From an uncultured Chloroflexia bacterium (GTDB taxonomy: Bacteria; Chloroflexota; Limnocylindria; Limnocylindrales; CSP1-4), in contig CAVURB010000002.1 in the NCBI GenBank assembly GCA_963743815.1, positions 76,014 through 140,013 on the forward strand: DNA of 64,000 nt. The letters run 5' to 3'. Numbering within the stretch: position 1 is the stretch's first letter; every line of letters begins with the position of its first letter. Made by a program: the position numbers and the translations under genes. This document shows positions 10,670 to 21,227 of this stretch, one piece after another. The notes beneath the pieces were generated by a model. It did not search any database. It had not been told where the DNA came from and worked only from the letters and a program-made list of their open reading frames with translations.

Positions 10670-12337
10670 TGCACGCCACCTTCCGCGGGGGTCGACGGCG
10701 TGGCTGTGCCCGCGGCTCCGGCCTCACCGCGCATGAGCGCCCAGAGGACACGCGCGAGGATACCGACCACCACGAGCCCGATCAGCAGGAGCGTGACCTC
10801 GCCGCCGATCGCGATCACCGTGCCGGCCTCGGCGGCAGCGACCGTCGCCTCGACCGTGCCCTGGACGAGGTCCAGGAGCAGGCCCGGCTGGACGCCGAAG
10901 ACCACGACGAGCGTGGCGAGCGGGATGAGCGTGAGGATCTCGACCGGTTCGATGTCGGTGAGGTGGTCGCCGAGGCCCTTGAGGAAGTCGGAAAGCTCGC
11001 CGAACACGATGCGTCCATACATGAAGAGCAGGTAGCCGGCCGCGAGGACCATCACGGTCGCGGCGATCGCCGCCGCCCACGGACTGACCGCGAACGTCCC
11101 GACCAGGGTCAGGAATTCCCCGACGAATCCGGACAGGCCGGGCAGGCCGGCAGAAGCGAACACGAAGAACCCGAACAACGCGGCATAGACGGGCGTTCGC
11201 CCGGCGAGCCCGCCCATCTTCGCGATGGTCCGGTCGTGCGTGCGTTCGTAGATAACCCCGACGAGGAGGAAGAGGGCACCCGTGATGAGGCCGTGATTGA
11301 TCATCTGGAGTACCGCGCCCTGGATGCCCTGCTCGTTGAACACGAAGATGCCCAGGGTCACGAAGCCCATGTGGCTGACCGATGAGTACGCCACCAGGCG
11401 CTTGAGGTCGGGTTGGATGAGCGCCACGATCGCGCCGTAGATGATCGCGATGAGCGAGAGCACGATGATCGCCGGCGCGAGTGTCTGGGCAGCGTCCGGG
11501 TAGAGCGGTAGCGCGAACCGGATGAAGCCGTAGCCACCCAGCTTGAGCAGGACGCCGGCGAGGATCACGGAACCCGCCGTGGGCGCCTCGGTGTGCGCGT
11601 CCGGAAGCCACGTGTGGAACGGGAACATCGGGACCTTGATCGCGAAGGCGAGGAAGAACGCGAGGAATGCCCCCAGCTGGAGGGCGGAGGCGAACCCGCC
11701 ATCGGGGCTTGCGGCGAACTCGCGCAGCGTCTCGAAGTCGAAGGCGCCCGACCCACGAGCCGGTCACGGACTGGTAGGCGAACGCCGTCGCGAGGATCGC
11801 CACGAGCATCAGCAGCGAGCCGACGAGCGTGTACAGGACGAACTTGATCGTCGCGTAGATGCGGTTCGCGCCGCCCCAGATCCCGATGATCAGGTACATC
11901 GGGACGAGCACGATCTCCCAGAAGATGTAGAAGAGGAACAGGTCCAGGGCGAGGAAGACGCCGATCATCCCGACCTCGAGGACGAGGAAGGCGATCATGT
12001 ATTCCTTGATCCGCGTCTGGATCGGCTTGAAGCTCGCGAGCAGGCAGATCCACGTCAGCGTCGTGGTCAGGACGACGAGCGCCGCCGACAGCCCGTCCAC
12101 GCCCAGCTTGTACTGGATGCCGAACAGCGGGATCCAGTCGACGACTTCGACGTACTGGAACCCGGCCTCGGCCGGGACGAACCGGGCGAGCAGGACGAGC
12201 GACGCGACCCAGGTCGCGAGCGCGAACGCGAGCGCCACCGGGCGCGTCACCGACGAGGGCAGCACGGCCACCACCAGGGCTCCGACGAGCGGGAGGAAGG
12301 TGATGATCGAGAGGATCGGGATGCCGTTGAGGTCCAT
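10666..12337 (-). CDS. nuoM: NADH-quinone oxidoreductase subunit M; frameshift near 11750
   Basis: DLFLFYIFWEIVLVPMY, FPFHTWLPDAHTEAPTAGS, KRLVAYSSVSHMG, GLPGLSGFVGEF. Confidence 0.94.
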
Positions 12338-12340
12338 CGC

Positions 12341-14332
12341 CTAGTTCCCCGCCAGCAGCAGGTACGCGCCGGCCATGACGATCAGCCCGATGGCGATGCC
12401 CAGGGCGTAGTTCTGGACCCGACCGGTCTGGACCTGGCGCAGGCCGCGACCCGACTGCACGGTCGCTCGGCCGATGCTGTTGACCGTGCCGTCCACGACG
12501 TTGCGATCGAACCAGAACAGCGCGTCCGCCACGCGGCCGCCGATCACGATGAACAGCAGGTGGTTGAGCTCGTCGAACCACCACTTGTTGAGCGAGGCGC
12601 GATAGAGGAACGGCACCTTGGCCGTGAGCTCGCGGACCTGCTCGGGTCGGGCCGGCAGGTGCAGGCCGGCGATGTCCGTCCCGAACAGTCGCCACGCGAT
12701 CGCGATCCCGAACGCGGCGATCCCGACGCTCGTCAGGATGAGGATGCCGTCGATCCCGAAGAGCTCGTAGGCCACCTCTTCGTGGCCCAGTAGCTCCAGG
12801 CCCTCGTGGAAGACCGGCTCGAGCCAGTGGTGGATGGTGCTGTCGCCCAGTGGCAGGCCCAGCGCCATGCCGAGGAACACCGATGGGATCGCGAGCAGGA
12901 TGAGCGGGATGGTCATGACCCACGGGGATTCGTGGACCTTGTCCCAGACCGCCTTGGGTCCGCGGAACTCGCCCCAGAACGTGAGGGCCATCAGCCGGAA
13001 CATGTAGAAGGCGGTGAGTCCGGCCACGATCCAGCCGACGGCCCAGACCCACTCGAAGTGGAGCTTGAACGCCTCGCCCAGGATCTCGTCCTTGGAGAAG
13101 AACCCGGCCAGCGGCGGGATGCCCGCGATGGCGATCGACCCGATCAGCATCGTGATGTACGTGATCTTGATCTTCTTGCTCAGGCCGCCCATGTTCCGCA
13201 TGTCCTGCTCCTCGTGGACGGCGTGGATCACCGACCCCGAGCCCAGGAAGAGCAGCCCCTTGAAGAATCCGTGCGTCATCAGGTGGAAGATCGCGGCGGT
13301 GAACGCCCCAACGCCCAGAGCCGCGAACATGTAGCCCAGCTGCGAGAGCGTGGAGTACGCGAGCACCCGTTTGATGTCCGTCTGGGTCATCGCGATGCTC
13401 GCGGCAAGGATGGCCGTGAAGATGCCGACGGCGGCAACGATGACCATCGCGTCCGGGGCCGAGGCGAACAGCGGATTGGCGCGCGCAACGAGATACACGC
13501 CGGCATTGACCATCGTCGCGGCGTGGATGAGGGCGGACACCGGGGTGGGGCCCTCCATCGCGTCCGGGAGCCAGACGTGCAGCGGGAACTGGGCGCTCTT
13601 GCCCATCGCGCCCGCGAACACGAGGAGCGCGACCACGAACAGCGGGATCGGGTTCGCGCTGCCTTCGTGGAGCAGGATCTCGATCGATTGGCGGATGTTG
13701 AGCGTCGCCTCACCGGCCGCGCCCGTGTTGATGAAGATCGCCATGATCCCGAGCGCGAACCCGACGTCGCCGACCCGGTTGACGATGAACGCCTTCTTCG
13801 CCGCCAGCATCGCCGACCGCTTGCGGTACCAGAACCCGATGAGCAGGTAGCTCGATAGCCCGACCAGCTCCCAGGCTACGAAGACGACGAGCCAGTTGTC
13901 GGCGAGGACGAGCAGGAGCATCGAGAACATGAACAGGTTCAGGTAGGCGAAGAACCGCCAGTACCCGGGGTCGTGGCTCATGTACCCGATCGAGTACACG
14001 TGCACCAGCAGCCCGATCGTCGTGACGACGATGAGCAGGCATGCCGTCAGCGGGTCGATGAAGATGCCGACGTCAACCTGGAACTCGCCAGCCGGGATCC
14101 ACGTGAAGAGCGGGATCTCGTAGCCGTGGAGGTCGTCGGTGCCCTCGATGAGCGGCGCCGTCCCGGTGAGCACGCTCACGACCAGACCCATCGCGATGAC
14201 CCACACCACGAAGATCGCGAGGACCGGGAACCAGTGCGCCTGCTTGCCGAGGCGGCGACCGATGAGGGCCGTCAACGAGAAGCCCACCAGCGGCAGGATC
14301 AGCAGGAGCGGGGCCAGCGACTCCAGGCTCAC
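12341..14332 (-). CDS. nuoL: NADH-quinone oxidoreductase subunit L
   Basis: [54 protein letters not shown]. Confidence 0.97.
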   Translation of the reverse strand: MSLESLAPLLLILPLVGFSLTALIGRRLGKQAHWFPVLAIFVVWVIAMGLVVSVLTGTAPLIEGTDDLHGYEIPLFTWIPAGEFQVDVGIFIDPLTACLLIVVTTIGLLVHVYSIGYMSHDPGYWRFFAYLNLFMFSMLLLVLADNWLVVFVAWELVGLSSYLLIGFWYRKRSAMLAAKKAFIVNRVGDVGFALGIMAIFINTGAAGEATLNIRQSIEILLHEGSANPIPLFVVALLVFAGAMGKSAQFPLHVWLPDAMEGPTPVSALIHAATMVNAGVYLVARANPLFASAPDAMVIVAAVGIFTAILAASIAMTQTDIKRVLAYSTLSQLGYMFAALGVGAFTAAIFHLMTHGFFKGLLFLGSGSVIHAVHEEQDMRNMGGLSKKIKITYITMLIGSIAIAGIPPLAGFFSKDEILGEAFKLHFEWVWAVGWIVAGLTAFYMFRLMALTFWGEFRGPKAVWDKVHESPWVMTIPLILLAIPSVFLGMALGLPLGDSTIHHWLEPVFHEGLELLGHEEVAYELFGIDGILILTSVGIAAFGIAIAWRLFGTDIAGLHLPARPEQVRELTAKVPFLYRASLNKWWFDELNHLLFIVIGGRVADALFWFDRNVVDGTVNSIGRATVQSGRGLRQVQTGRVQNYALGIAIGLIVMAGAYLLLAGN

Positions 14333-14640
14333 TGGCGCATCGCGTCGTACTCGTCGACGAGCGGCGTCTTCTTGTTGCGGTAGATCGCGATGACGATCGC
14401 GAGGCCCACGGTGGCCTCAGCGGCGGCCACGGCCATGACCATCAACGCGATGACCGACGCCTGACCACCCAGCTCGGGGATGAAGGCGCCGAACGCGATG
14501 ATCGAGAGATTGACCGCGTTGAGCATCAGCTCGATCGACATGAGCATGCTGATCGCGTTGCGCCGCGCCAGGAAGCCGAACGTGCCGATGGCGAACAGGA
14601 TCCCGGACAGGACGAGGTAGGCGTCGAGGCTGTTGCTCAC
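14329..14640 (-). CDS. nuoK: NADH-quinone oxidoreductase subunit K
   Basis: [33 protein letters not shown]. The GTG overlaps the nuoJ stop. Confidence 0.95.
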   Translation of the reverse strand: MSNSLDAYLVLSGILFAIGTFGFLARRNAISMLMSIELMLNAVNLSIIAFGAFIPELGGQASVIALMVMAVAAAEATVGLAIVIAIYRNKKTPLVDEYDAMRQ

Positions 14641-15230
14641 GACGGCCCACCCGGTTCGCGCTTGGCGAGGAAGACCCCGCCGATGACGGCCGCGAGCAGG
14701 AGCACGCTCACGATCTCGAACGGGAAGACGAAGTCCTCGAACAGCAGGGCCGACATGTCGTCGGTGGCGATGCGGACCCGCTCGCCGACCTCGCCCCAGT
14801 CGGTCGCGCTGACGGCGAGGGCGATGACGACGGCGATGATGACCGAGGCGATCGCCGCCGCCCCGGCCTGTGTCTGGAAGACGAGCCGTGCCGGCGCGTC
14901 CTTCGTCTGCGTGAGCATGATCGCAAAGAGGATCAGGACGCTGATCGCGCCGATGTACACGATCACCTGCGCGGCGCCGATGAGCGGCGCCCCGATCAGG
15001 ACGTAGATGCCGGCGAGGGCCCCGAAGCAGACGATCATCGCGAGGCCGCAGCGGATGATGTCGCGCATCGTCACGACCAGCAGTCCGGACCCGATCATGA
15101 TCGAGGCGAAGATCCAGAACAGGGCATCCTCCCAGTCCTGGCCGAGGAACACGAGCATCAGCAGCGCGATGCCGAGCACCGCGCCCATGACGGCGAGGCC
15201 GATGACGATCGGGATCAGCTTCTGCAACAC
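14637..15230 (-). CDS. nuoJ: NADH-quinone oxidoreductase subunit J, with an extra N-terminal TM segment
   Basis: [37 protein letters not shown]. Confidence 0.93.
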   Translation of the reverse strand: MLQKLIPIVIGLAVMGAVLGIALLMLVFLGQDWEDALFWIFASIMIGSGLLVVTMRDIIRCGLAMIVCFGALAGIYVLIGAPLIGAAQVIVYIGAISVLILFAIMLTQTKDAPARLVFQTQAGAAAIASVIIAVVIALAVSATDWGEVGERVRIATDDMSALLFEDFVFPFEIVSVLLLAAVIGGVFLAKREPGGPS

Positions 15231-15241
15231 GGGCGTGGCGG

Positions 15242-17890
15242 CTACTCGTGCCCGCCGGGGCCGAGGGCGGCCACGGCGCCATGCCCGTCGCCATGGTCAT
15301 GCCCGTGCCCGTGGCCGTTCCCACCCCCCTGGCCGCTCCCCGCCGCGATGCCGGTGATGGACGGCGGCAGCACCGGGAGCATCCGCGAGCTGTCGATGAA
15401 CCGGCCGTCGGCGGCGGCGCGGGTCGCCCAGTCGCGCTCGCGGCGGATGTAGGTCACCTCGGTCTCGCGATCGATGGCAGCGAGCGCCATCAGGTCGATG
15501 GTCGGGTTCGCCCGACCGGTGTGGGCGAGCTCGATATCGGCGCCGTCACGCAAGGCGTCGTACGGGCATGCATCCACGCAGATGCCGCACAGGATGCAGC
15601 GGCTCTCGTCCACTTCGTACTTCTGGAGGACGCGCGGCTTGGGCATGAGGGCGCCCGTGGGGCACGTCTCGGCGCACCGTCCACACGACACGCAGGGCGT
15701 GTCGTTGAGGCTCATGTCCAGCGGCGTCGTGACGAGCGTGTCGAACCCGATGCGCATGAAGTCGTAGCACGCCGCCCCGACCACTTCGGAGCAGACCTGG
15801 GCGCAACGGCCGCAATCGATGCAGCGCGACGGCTCGCGCAGGATGAACGCGTGCAAATCGTCGCGGACGTAGTCGTGGTTGATGCCGGTGAACCGGTTCT
15901 CCGTCACGGACCGATAGCCCGCGCCCTGGTGGTACTGCGGCTCGAGGGTCCGCAGCGTCGTGCCGTACTCGATGCCGAGACGGCGCAGGTCGCAGAACCC
16001 GATCGCCTCGCACGTGCACTGGAGGCAGCGCGTGCTCTCCGCGACGGCCGCCTCGCGCGTGTACGGGAGCTCGTACTCGATGTAGCTGTGGTTCCGCTCC
16101 TCGGCCTCGAGGGCGGTCATCCGGTAGCGCGGCTCCTTGACCTCGGCGGTGAACGGCACGATGGAGAGGAACTCGGGCTGCGGCTCCGCGAGCGTCTGGC
16201 GGGTGCGGATCGCAGACAGGTCCAGGCCCTTGAGGAAGGCGTCCACGGCATAGGCCGCGCGCCGGCCTTCGGCGATCGCCTGGACGACCGTCGCGGCGCC
16301 GATCCGGACGTCGCCCGTGCCGAAGACGCCTGGCCGCCCGGTCTCGAAGGTGACCGCGTCCGCCTTGAGTCGGTGCTGCTTGGTCGCCTCGGGCCCCTCG
16401 GAGCCTGGGCCGATCCAGGTGAGGTCCGGCCCCTGGCCGATGGCCAGCAGGACCCGGTCGCACGGGATGATGAACTCGGTGCCGGGGGCGGGCTCCGGCC
16501 GACGGCGTCCGGACGCGTCCGGGGCACCCAGCTGCATCCGGATGAACTCGACCCCGGTGACGTTGCCGTTCTTGTCCACGACGACCCGGGTGGGGCCAGC
16601 CTGGAAGATCGCGGTGACGCCTTCCTCGATGGCTTCGTGGACCTCGCCGGCCGCCGGCATGTCCTTCATGTCGCGCCGGTAGACGAGCGTGACCTCGCTC
16701 GCTCCCTGGCGGACCGACGTCCGCACGCAGTCCATCGAGGTGAACCCGCCACCGATGACGACGACGCGCTTGCCGGCGTGATCGGGGTACTCGAGTCCCA
16801 GGGTGGCGGTGCGCAGGTACTCGAGACCGTCGAGGACCTCGGCGGCGTCCTCGCCCGGGATCCCGAGCTTGTTGGTGTCGTAGCAACCGATGGCGATGAC
16901 GACCGAGTCGAAGCCCTGGTTCGTCAGGTCGTCGAGGGTGAAGTCGCGACCCAGCCCGGCGTTGCAGACCATCTTGCCGCCGAGCCGCGTGACCGACTCG
17001 TACTCCGCCTCCAGGACCTCGACCTTGGGCAGGCGGTACTGCGGGATCCCGTAGCGGAGCATCCCGCCCGGCGCCGGGTCGCGCTCGAAGATCGTGACGT
17101 CGTGCCCGGCGAGGAGCAGGTAGTACGCGGCGCTCATGCCGGCCGGCCCCGAACCGATCACGGCCGCGCGGCGACCGCTCCGGACCTGCTGTTCGAACGG
17201 GACGGGCGGGTCCACGCCGTCGTCCAGCATGGACTTGAGGACCTGGTCGCCGGCATAGCGATGCGAATCGCGGATGGCGATCGCCTCGTCCACCTCGTCG
17301 CGCCGGCAATGCTCCTCGCACGGGGCCGGGCAGACGCGCCCAAGGACGGACGGGAAGGGGATCGTCCGCTTGAAGATCCGGGTGCTCTCGCGCCAGTCGG
17401 CCTCCGCGTTCGCCTTGAGGAAACCCGGGATATCGATGTGGCTGGGGCACTTGTTCTGGCAGGGCGGCAGGCAGTAGGCGTTGTGGTCGCTGAAGATCAG
17501 CTCGAGGTTCGTCCGGCGCAGCCGGCGGACCTCCTCGGTCTGGGTCTGGACCTTCATCTCGGGTTCGCAGACGCGCGAACAGGAGATCGGCGGGTGCTCC
17601 TCTCCCTCCACTTCGACGACGCACATCCGGCACGCCCCGAAGCCCGGGAGCTTGGGCTCGTAACAGAGCGTCGGGATCTCGATCCCGTTGTCGCGGCAGA
17701 CCTCGAGGATGGTCTGACCCTCGAACCCTTCGACGACGCGGCCATCCACCTCGATGCGGATCCGCGCCGTGGACTGCGGGCGCTGCGGTGACTGGGTCTC
17801 GAGGAGTCGCTCGGCCAGCGAATCCGCGTTGGTCCTTGCTGTCGTGGCGGGGACGGGGCGGCCTTCGGGACGGGCGAGGGTATCGGTCAT
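15242..17890 (-). CDS. Multidomain Fe-S flavoprotein: NuoG-like N-terminus, inserted GltD/NfnB-type FAD/NAD(P)H domain, 2x[4Fe-4S], C-terminal half of NuoI and a His-rich tail
   Basis: IPTLCY...GACRMC...ISC ([2Fe-2S]); [15 protein letters not shown]; [12 protein letters not shown]; GSGPAG; GGGFTSMD...YRR; [11 protein letters not shown] and [12 protein letters not shown]; [26 protein letters not shown] coupled to the nuoF stop (TGATG). Confidence 0.9.
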   Translation of the reverse strand: MTDTLARPEGRPVPATTARTNADSLAERLLETQSPQRPQSTARIRIEVDGRVVEGFEGQTILEVCRDNGIEIPTLCYEPKLPGFGACRMCVVEVEGEEHPPISCSRVCEPEMKVQTQTEEVRRLRRTNLELIFSDHNAYCLPPCQNKCPSHIDIPGFLKANAEADWRESTRIFKRTIPFPSVLGRVCPAPCEEHCRRDEVDEAIAIRDSHRYAGDQVLKSMLDDGVDPPVPFEQQVRSGRRAAVIGSGPAGMSAAYYLLLAGHDVTIFERDPAPGGMLRYGIPQYRLPKVEVLEAEYESVTRLGGKMVCNAGLGRDFTLDDLTNQGFDSVVIAIGCYDTNKLGIPGEDAAEVLDGLEYLRTATLGLEYPDHAGKRVVVIGGGFTSMDCVRTSVRQGASEVTLVYRRDMKDMPAAGEVHEAIEEGVTAIFQAGPTRVVVDKNGNVTGVEFIRMQLGAPDASGRRRPEPAPGTEFIIPCDRVLLAIGQGPDLTWIGPGSEGPEATKQHRLKADAVTFETGRPGVFGTGDVRIGAATVVQAIAEGRRAAYAVDAFLKGLDLSAIRTRQTLAEPQPEFLSIVPFTAEVKEPRYRMTALEAEERNHSYIEYELPYTREAAVAESTRCLQCTCEAIGFCDLRRLGIEYGTTLRTLEPQYHQGAGYRSVTENRFTGINHDYVRDDLHAFILREPSRCIDCGRCAQVCSEVVGAACYDFMRIGFDTLVTTPLDMSLNDTPCVSCGRCAETCPTGALMPKPRVLQKYEVDESRCILCGICVDACPYDALRDGADIELAHTGRANPTIDLMALAAIDRETEVTYIRRERDWATRAAADGRFIDSSRMLPVLPPSITGIAAGSGQGGGNGHGHGHDHGDGHGAVAALGPGGHE

Positions 17891-19182
17891 CAGGGGGCCT
17901 CGGTCGCGGCCGGCACGGGTCGGCTGGCGGGATCGAACTGGGAGCTGAAGTATCGCATCCCGCTGGTCAGCGGAAGGGTGGCCAGGCGCTCGTGGTCGCA
18001 CAGCGCCGACGCGACGATGTCGTGGGCGAGATCGGTCGCCAGGACCGGATCGGTGGGTCGGGAGAGGCCCGCCTCGCGGCGCCCGACGATCTCGGCGAGG
18101 CGTTTCGTCCCGATGCGGCACGGGATGGACTTACCGCAGGCCTCGCCCGAACAGAACCGGGTCAGGACGCCGACCAGTTCCACGAGATCGGTCCGGTCGT
18201 CGACGACCATGACCGAGCCCGACCCAAGGTGGGCGCCTGCCGCACGCAGCCCCTCGAACGTGTATGGGGTGTCGAGGGCATCCGGTGGCAGCAACCCGCC
18301 CGACGGTCCGCCGACGAGTACGGCCTGGAGCGACCGCTTGGCCGGCAGCTTCCCACCGAGCGCGACCACGTCGCGCAGCAGCGTCCCAAGGGGCACTTCG
18401 GCGATGCCGTCGCCGCTCGGCGTCCGGAGCTGGACGAGGACGGTGCCCGGGCAATCGGGCGCACCGATCGTCGCGAACGCTTCGGCGCCTTCGCGGATGA
18501 TCCACGGGACGGCGGCCAGCGTCTGGACGTTGTGGACGACGGTCGGCATCCCGAAGAGCCCGCGCTCAGCCGGGTGGGGCGGACGCTGCTCGGGCTGGCC
18601 GCGCTTGCCTTCGAGGGCCTTGAGCAGGACGGTCTCCTCGCCCAGCATGTAGGCGCCCTGGACCGGGCGGACCGTGATCGCAAGGTCGAACCCCGAACCC
18701 AGGATGTCCGTGCCGAGGAACCCCGCGTCCACTGCGGCGTCGATGGCCGCCGTCAGTCGTGCGATGACGTCGGTGTCCTCCGCGCGCACGGCGATGAACG
18801 CCTCGCTTGCTCCGATCGCGTAGGCCGCGATGGCGACGCCTTCCACGACGGCGAACGGGACGCGCGCCATGAGCGTGCGGTCGGTGTGCGAAGCGGGATC
18901 GGCGCCGTAGCCGTTGGCGACGACGTAGCGTCGTGGAGCGTCCGTCGCGCTCGCCGTGCGCCACTTGTCGCCCGCGGGGAAGCCGGCACCGCCACGGCCG
19001 CGCAGGCCGCTCGCGCCGATCTCCGCGGTCACCGCGGTCCCGCCTAGATCGCGGACCGCGCGGCGCAGCCCGGCGAACGCGCCCGCGGCGACGGCCGCAT
19101 CGAGGTCGGTCGGATCGGCGGCGTCAGCACGCGCGAGGAGGACCGTCGGCCAGCCGGCCGGCGTGGGGAGGAGGTCGGTCAT
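17890..19182 (-). CDS. nuoF: NuoF-like FMN subunit with degenerate motifs
   Basis: SGLRGRGGAGFP, GAYMLGEET, GLFGMPTVVHNVQT, VGGPSGG, LGSG, EACGKSIPCRIG. ATG at 19182. Confidence 0.88.
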   Translation of the reverse strand: MTDLLPTPAGWPTVLLARADAADPTDLDAAVAAGAFAGLRRAVRDLGGTAVTAEIGASGLRGRGGAGFPAGDKWRTASATDAPRRYVVANGYGADPASHTDRTLMARVPFAVVEGVAIAAYAIGASEAFIAVRAEDTDVIARLTAAIDAAVDAGFLGTDILGSGFDLAITVRPVQGAYMLGEETVLLKALEGKRGQPEQRPPHPAERGLFGMPTVVHNVQTLAAVPWIIREGAEAFATIGAPDCPGTVLVQLRTPSGDGIAEVPLGTLLRDVVALGGKLPAKRSLQAVLVGGPSGGLLPPDALDTPYTFEGLRAAGAHLGSGSVMVVDDRTDLVELVGVLTRFCSGEACGKSIPCRIGTKRLAEIVGRREAGLSRPTDPVLATDLAHDIVASALCDHERLATLPLTSGMRYFSSQFDPASRPVPAATEAP

Positions 19183-19184
19183 GC

Positions 19185-19862
19185 CTATGCCCGCGCCGGG
19201 GCGCCCGGGCGCCCGTTCCCGCCGAGCGCGGCATCGAGTGCGGCCAGGTAAGTGGATTCGGCGGGCCGGTGCGCGGCGACCGCGGCGGCCTGCGCGCTGG
19301 CCGTCTCGGGTTCGAAGCGCAGGTGTGCGTAGTAGCTCGCCGTGCCGTAGATCATCGCGTACCACGCGCCACTCTTGTGGCTGATCCGCTTGAGCGCGGC
19401 GACCGGCAGGTATCCGTAGGCGGCCTGTGTCGACTCGAGGATGGCGAGCATCTGCGCTGGGTCGTGGTCGTATTCCTCGAGGACGGCGTCCACCAGCGCC
19501 AGGTCCACCGCGTCGAACGGCCGGTAGGCTGGGTCGGGAACGGGCCGGCCCGATCGTCGCAGGGCGCTCTCCTCGCGCCGCTCGCCGTACGTCTCGGGGG
19601 CGCCCCAATGGACGTGGTAGCGGCCGCGCGTGTCCATGCCGCCCATGTCGATGCACTCGATGGGGCACGCCTGCGCGCACTGGAAGCATGTCTCGCACTT
19701 GAGCGTCCCGTACTCGTCGTAGAGCAACTGGAGCCGGCCGCGGAACTTGTGCGGCACGTCGAGTCGCACCTCGGGGTACTTCACCGTGACCTTCGGTTCG
19801 AAGACGCGGCGAAGGGTCACCGCCATGCCCTTCATGATGCCGAGGCCCGGGACGATGCTCAT
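19185..19862 (-). CDS. Fusion of the NuoI N-terminal half to a NuoE N-terminal helical domain lacking [2Fe-2S] cysteines
   Basis: KGMAVTL...TVKYPE...FRGRLQL...KCETCFQCAQACPIECI (only one Cys motif), then LAILESTQAAYGYLP...IYGTASYYAHL. Confidence 0.88.
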   Translation of the reverse strand: MSIVPGLGIMKGMAVTLRRVFEPKVTVKYPEVRLDVPHKFRGRLQLLYDEYGTLKCETCFQCAQACPIECIDMGGMDTRGRYHVHWGAPETYGERREESALRRSGRPVPDPAYRPFDAVDLALVDAVLEEYDHDPAQMLAILESTQAAYGYLPVAALKRISHKSGAWYAMIYGTASYYAHLRFEPETASAQAAAVAAHRPAESTYLAALDAALGGNGRPGAPARA

Positions 19863-19872
19863 GCCGAGGTCC

Positions 19873-21213
19873 TCAACTCTTGACCACGACGATGGCCGCG
19901 GCCGTGACGAACAGATTGAGCAGGGATGCCGGGAGCAGCCACTTCCAGGCGAAGTCCATGAGCTGGTCGACGCGCACGCGCGGCAGCGTGCCTCGCATCC
20001 ACACGAGGACGAACACGAGGGTGTACGTCTTGAGCATGAACCAGAGGATACCGGCGACCCAGTCCAGGCCGATGTACGCCCACGCGCCGATCATGCCGAC
20101 GATGAACAGGTTGGCGAGGACGAACCCCGCGATGAGGGCCTGCCACGCCTTGATCCGTGAACTCGCGATCCAGAACGGGACGGCGAAGGCCAGGGTCAAT
20201 GCGACCGGCACGATCCCGATGAAGAGCAACAGGCCGATACCCCAGGTTCCGGGGTCGATCGCGAGGTCGAGCGGCCACGGCCACGGGAACGGCGCATTCC
20301 AGCCGCCGAGGAACAGCGTCACCGTCAGCGCCGCGATGATGAAGACGTTGACGAACTCGGCGAAGTAGAAGAACCCGAAGCGCATGCCCGAGTACTCCGT
20401 CGCGTAGCCGGCGACGATCTCGGAGTCCGCCTCGGTCAGATCGAACGGGGTTCGGTTCGCCTCGGCCGTCGCGGCGATGAAGAAGATCAGCGCCCCGAGC
20501 GGTTGCTGGAAGATGTACCAATCGGTGAACCAGCCAGCCTGGTTACCCACGATGGTGTTGAGGCTCATCGTCCCGGCCAGGAGCAGCAGCCCGACCACGG
20601 AGAGGGTCAGGGGGATCTCGTAACTGACGGCCTGAGCGGCCGCACGCAATCCCCCGAGCAACGAGTACTTGTTGTAACTCGCCCAACCGGCCATGAGCAG
20701 TCCGACGACGGACAGGCCGCCGATCGCGAAGAAGTACAGCAGGCCGAGGTTGAAGTCCGCGCCGTACAACCCCGGGGCGAACGGGATGACCAGCAGCGTC
20801 ATCACGCTGGCGAGGTAGACGACGACCGGGGCCCAGGTGAAGACGATGGCATCGGCGCCGGTGGGTGTGAAGTCCTCCTTCATGAGCATCTTCAGGCCGT
20901 GCACGACCGAGATCAGCGAACCATATGGACCCACCCGATCCGGACCGATCCGCAGGTTCATCATCGCGATGCCCTTGAGCTCCATGTAGCCGACGATGAA
21001 TGCGGTCGGGATCGTCATGAGCAACACCGCCGTCGCCGCGACCACGAATCGGACGATCGGGAGGTTCGCGGCCAGGATGTCAACGACGGCCTCGCCGAAC
21101 AGCACGATCGCGGCCAGCAGCCCGATCGAGAGTGCCAGCAGCGCCGGGATCGCCGTGAAGACGATCTTCCCGGGCAGCGTCAGCCGATTCCAGCCCCGCG
21201 CGAGGGTGGTCAT
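19873..21213 (-). CDS. nuoH: NADH-quinone oxidoreductase subunit H, enlarged (446 aa)
   Basis: RIGPDRVGP, NKYSLLGGLRAAAQAVSYEIP, AEANRTPFDLTEADSEIVAGYATEYSG, RGTLPRVRVDQLM. Confidence 0.95.
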   Translation of the reverse strand: MTTLARGWNRLTLPGKIVFTAIPALLALSIGLLAAIVLFGEAVVDILAANLPIVRFVVAATAVLLMTIPTAFIVGYMELKGIAMMNLRIGPDRVGPYGSLISVVHGLKMLMKEDFTPTGADAIVFTWAPVVVYLASVMTLLVIPFAPGLYGADFNLGLLYFFAIGGLSVVGLLMAGWASYNKYSLLGGLRAAAQAVSYEIPLTLSVVGLLLLAGTMSLNTIVGNQAGWFTDWYIFQQPLGALIFFIAATAEANRTPFDLTEADSEIVAGYATEYSGMRFGFFYFAEFVNVFIIAALTVTLFLGGWNAPFPWPWPLDLAIDPGTWGIGLLLFIGIVPVALTLAFAVPFWIASSRIKAWQALIAGFVLANLFIVGMIGAWAYIGLDWVAGILWFMLKTYTLVFVLVWMRGTLPRVRVDQLMDFAWKWLLPASLLNLFVTAAAIVVVKS

Positions 21214-21227
21214 GCCGCCACGACCCC

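Noticed and set aside
15248-17791. Very long antisense or alternative-frame ORFs (for example 847 aa here, 855 aa at 39664, 765 aa at 44275, 956 aa at 54933)
   Set aside because: These are shadow ORFs expected in very GC-rich DNA. They overlap recognisable genes and have no motifs of their own; the 54933 ORF merely contains the real 55857 gene.
15242-17890. Annotating the Fe-S flavoprotein as a hydrogenase, formate dehydrogenase or glutamate synthase subunit
   Set aside because: It has no H-cluster motifs, no molybdopterin domain and no neighbouring gltB. NuoD also lacks NiFe CxxC motifs, so this is not a group 4 hydrogenase.
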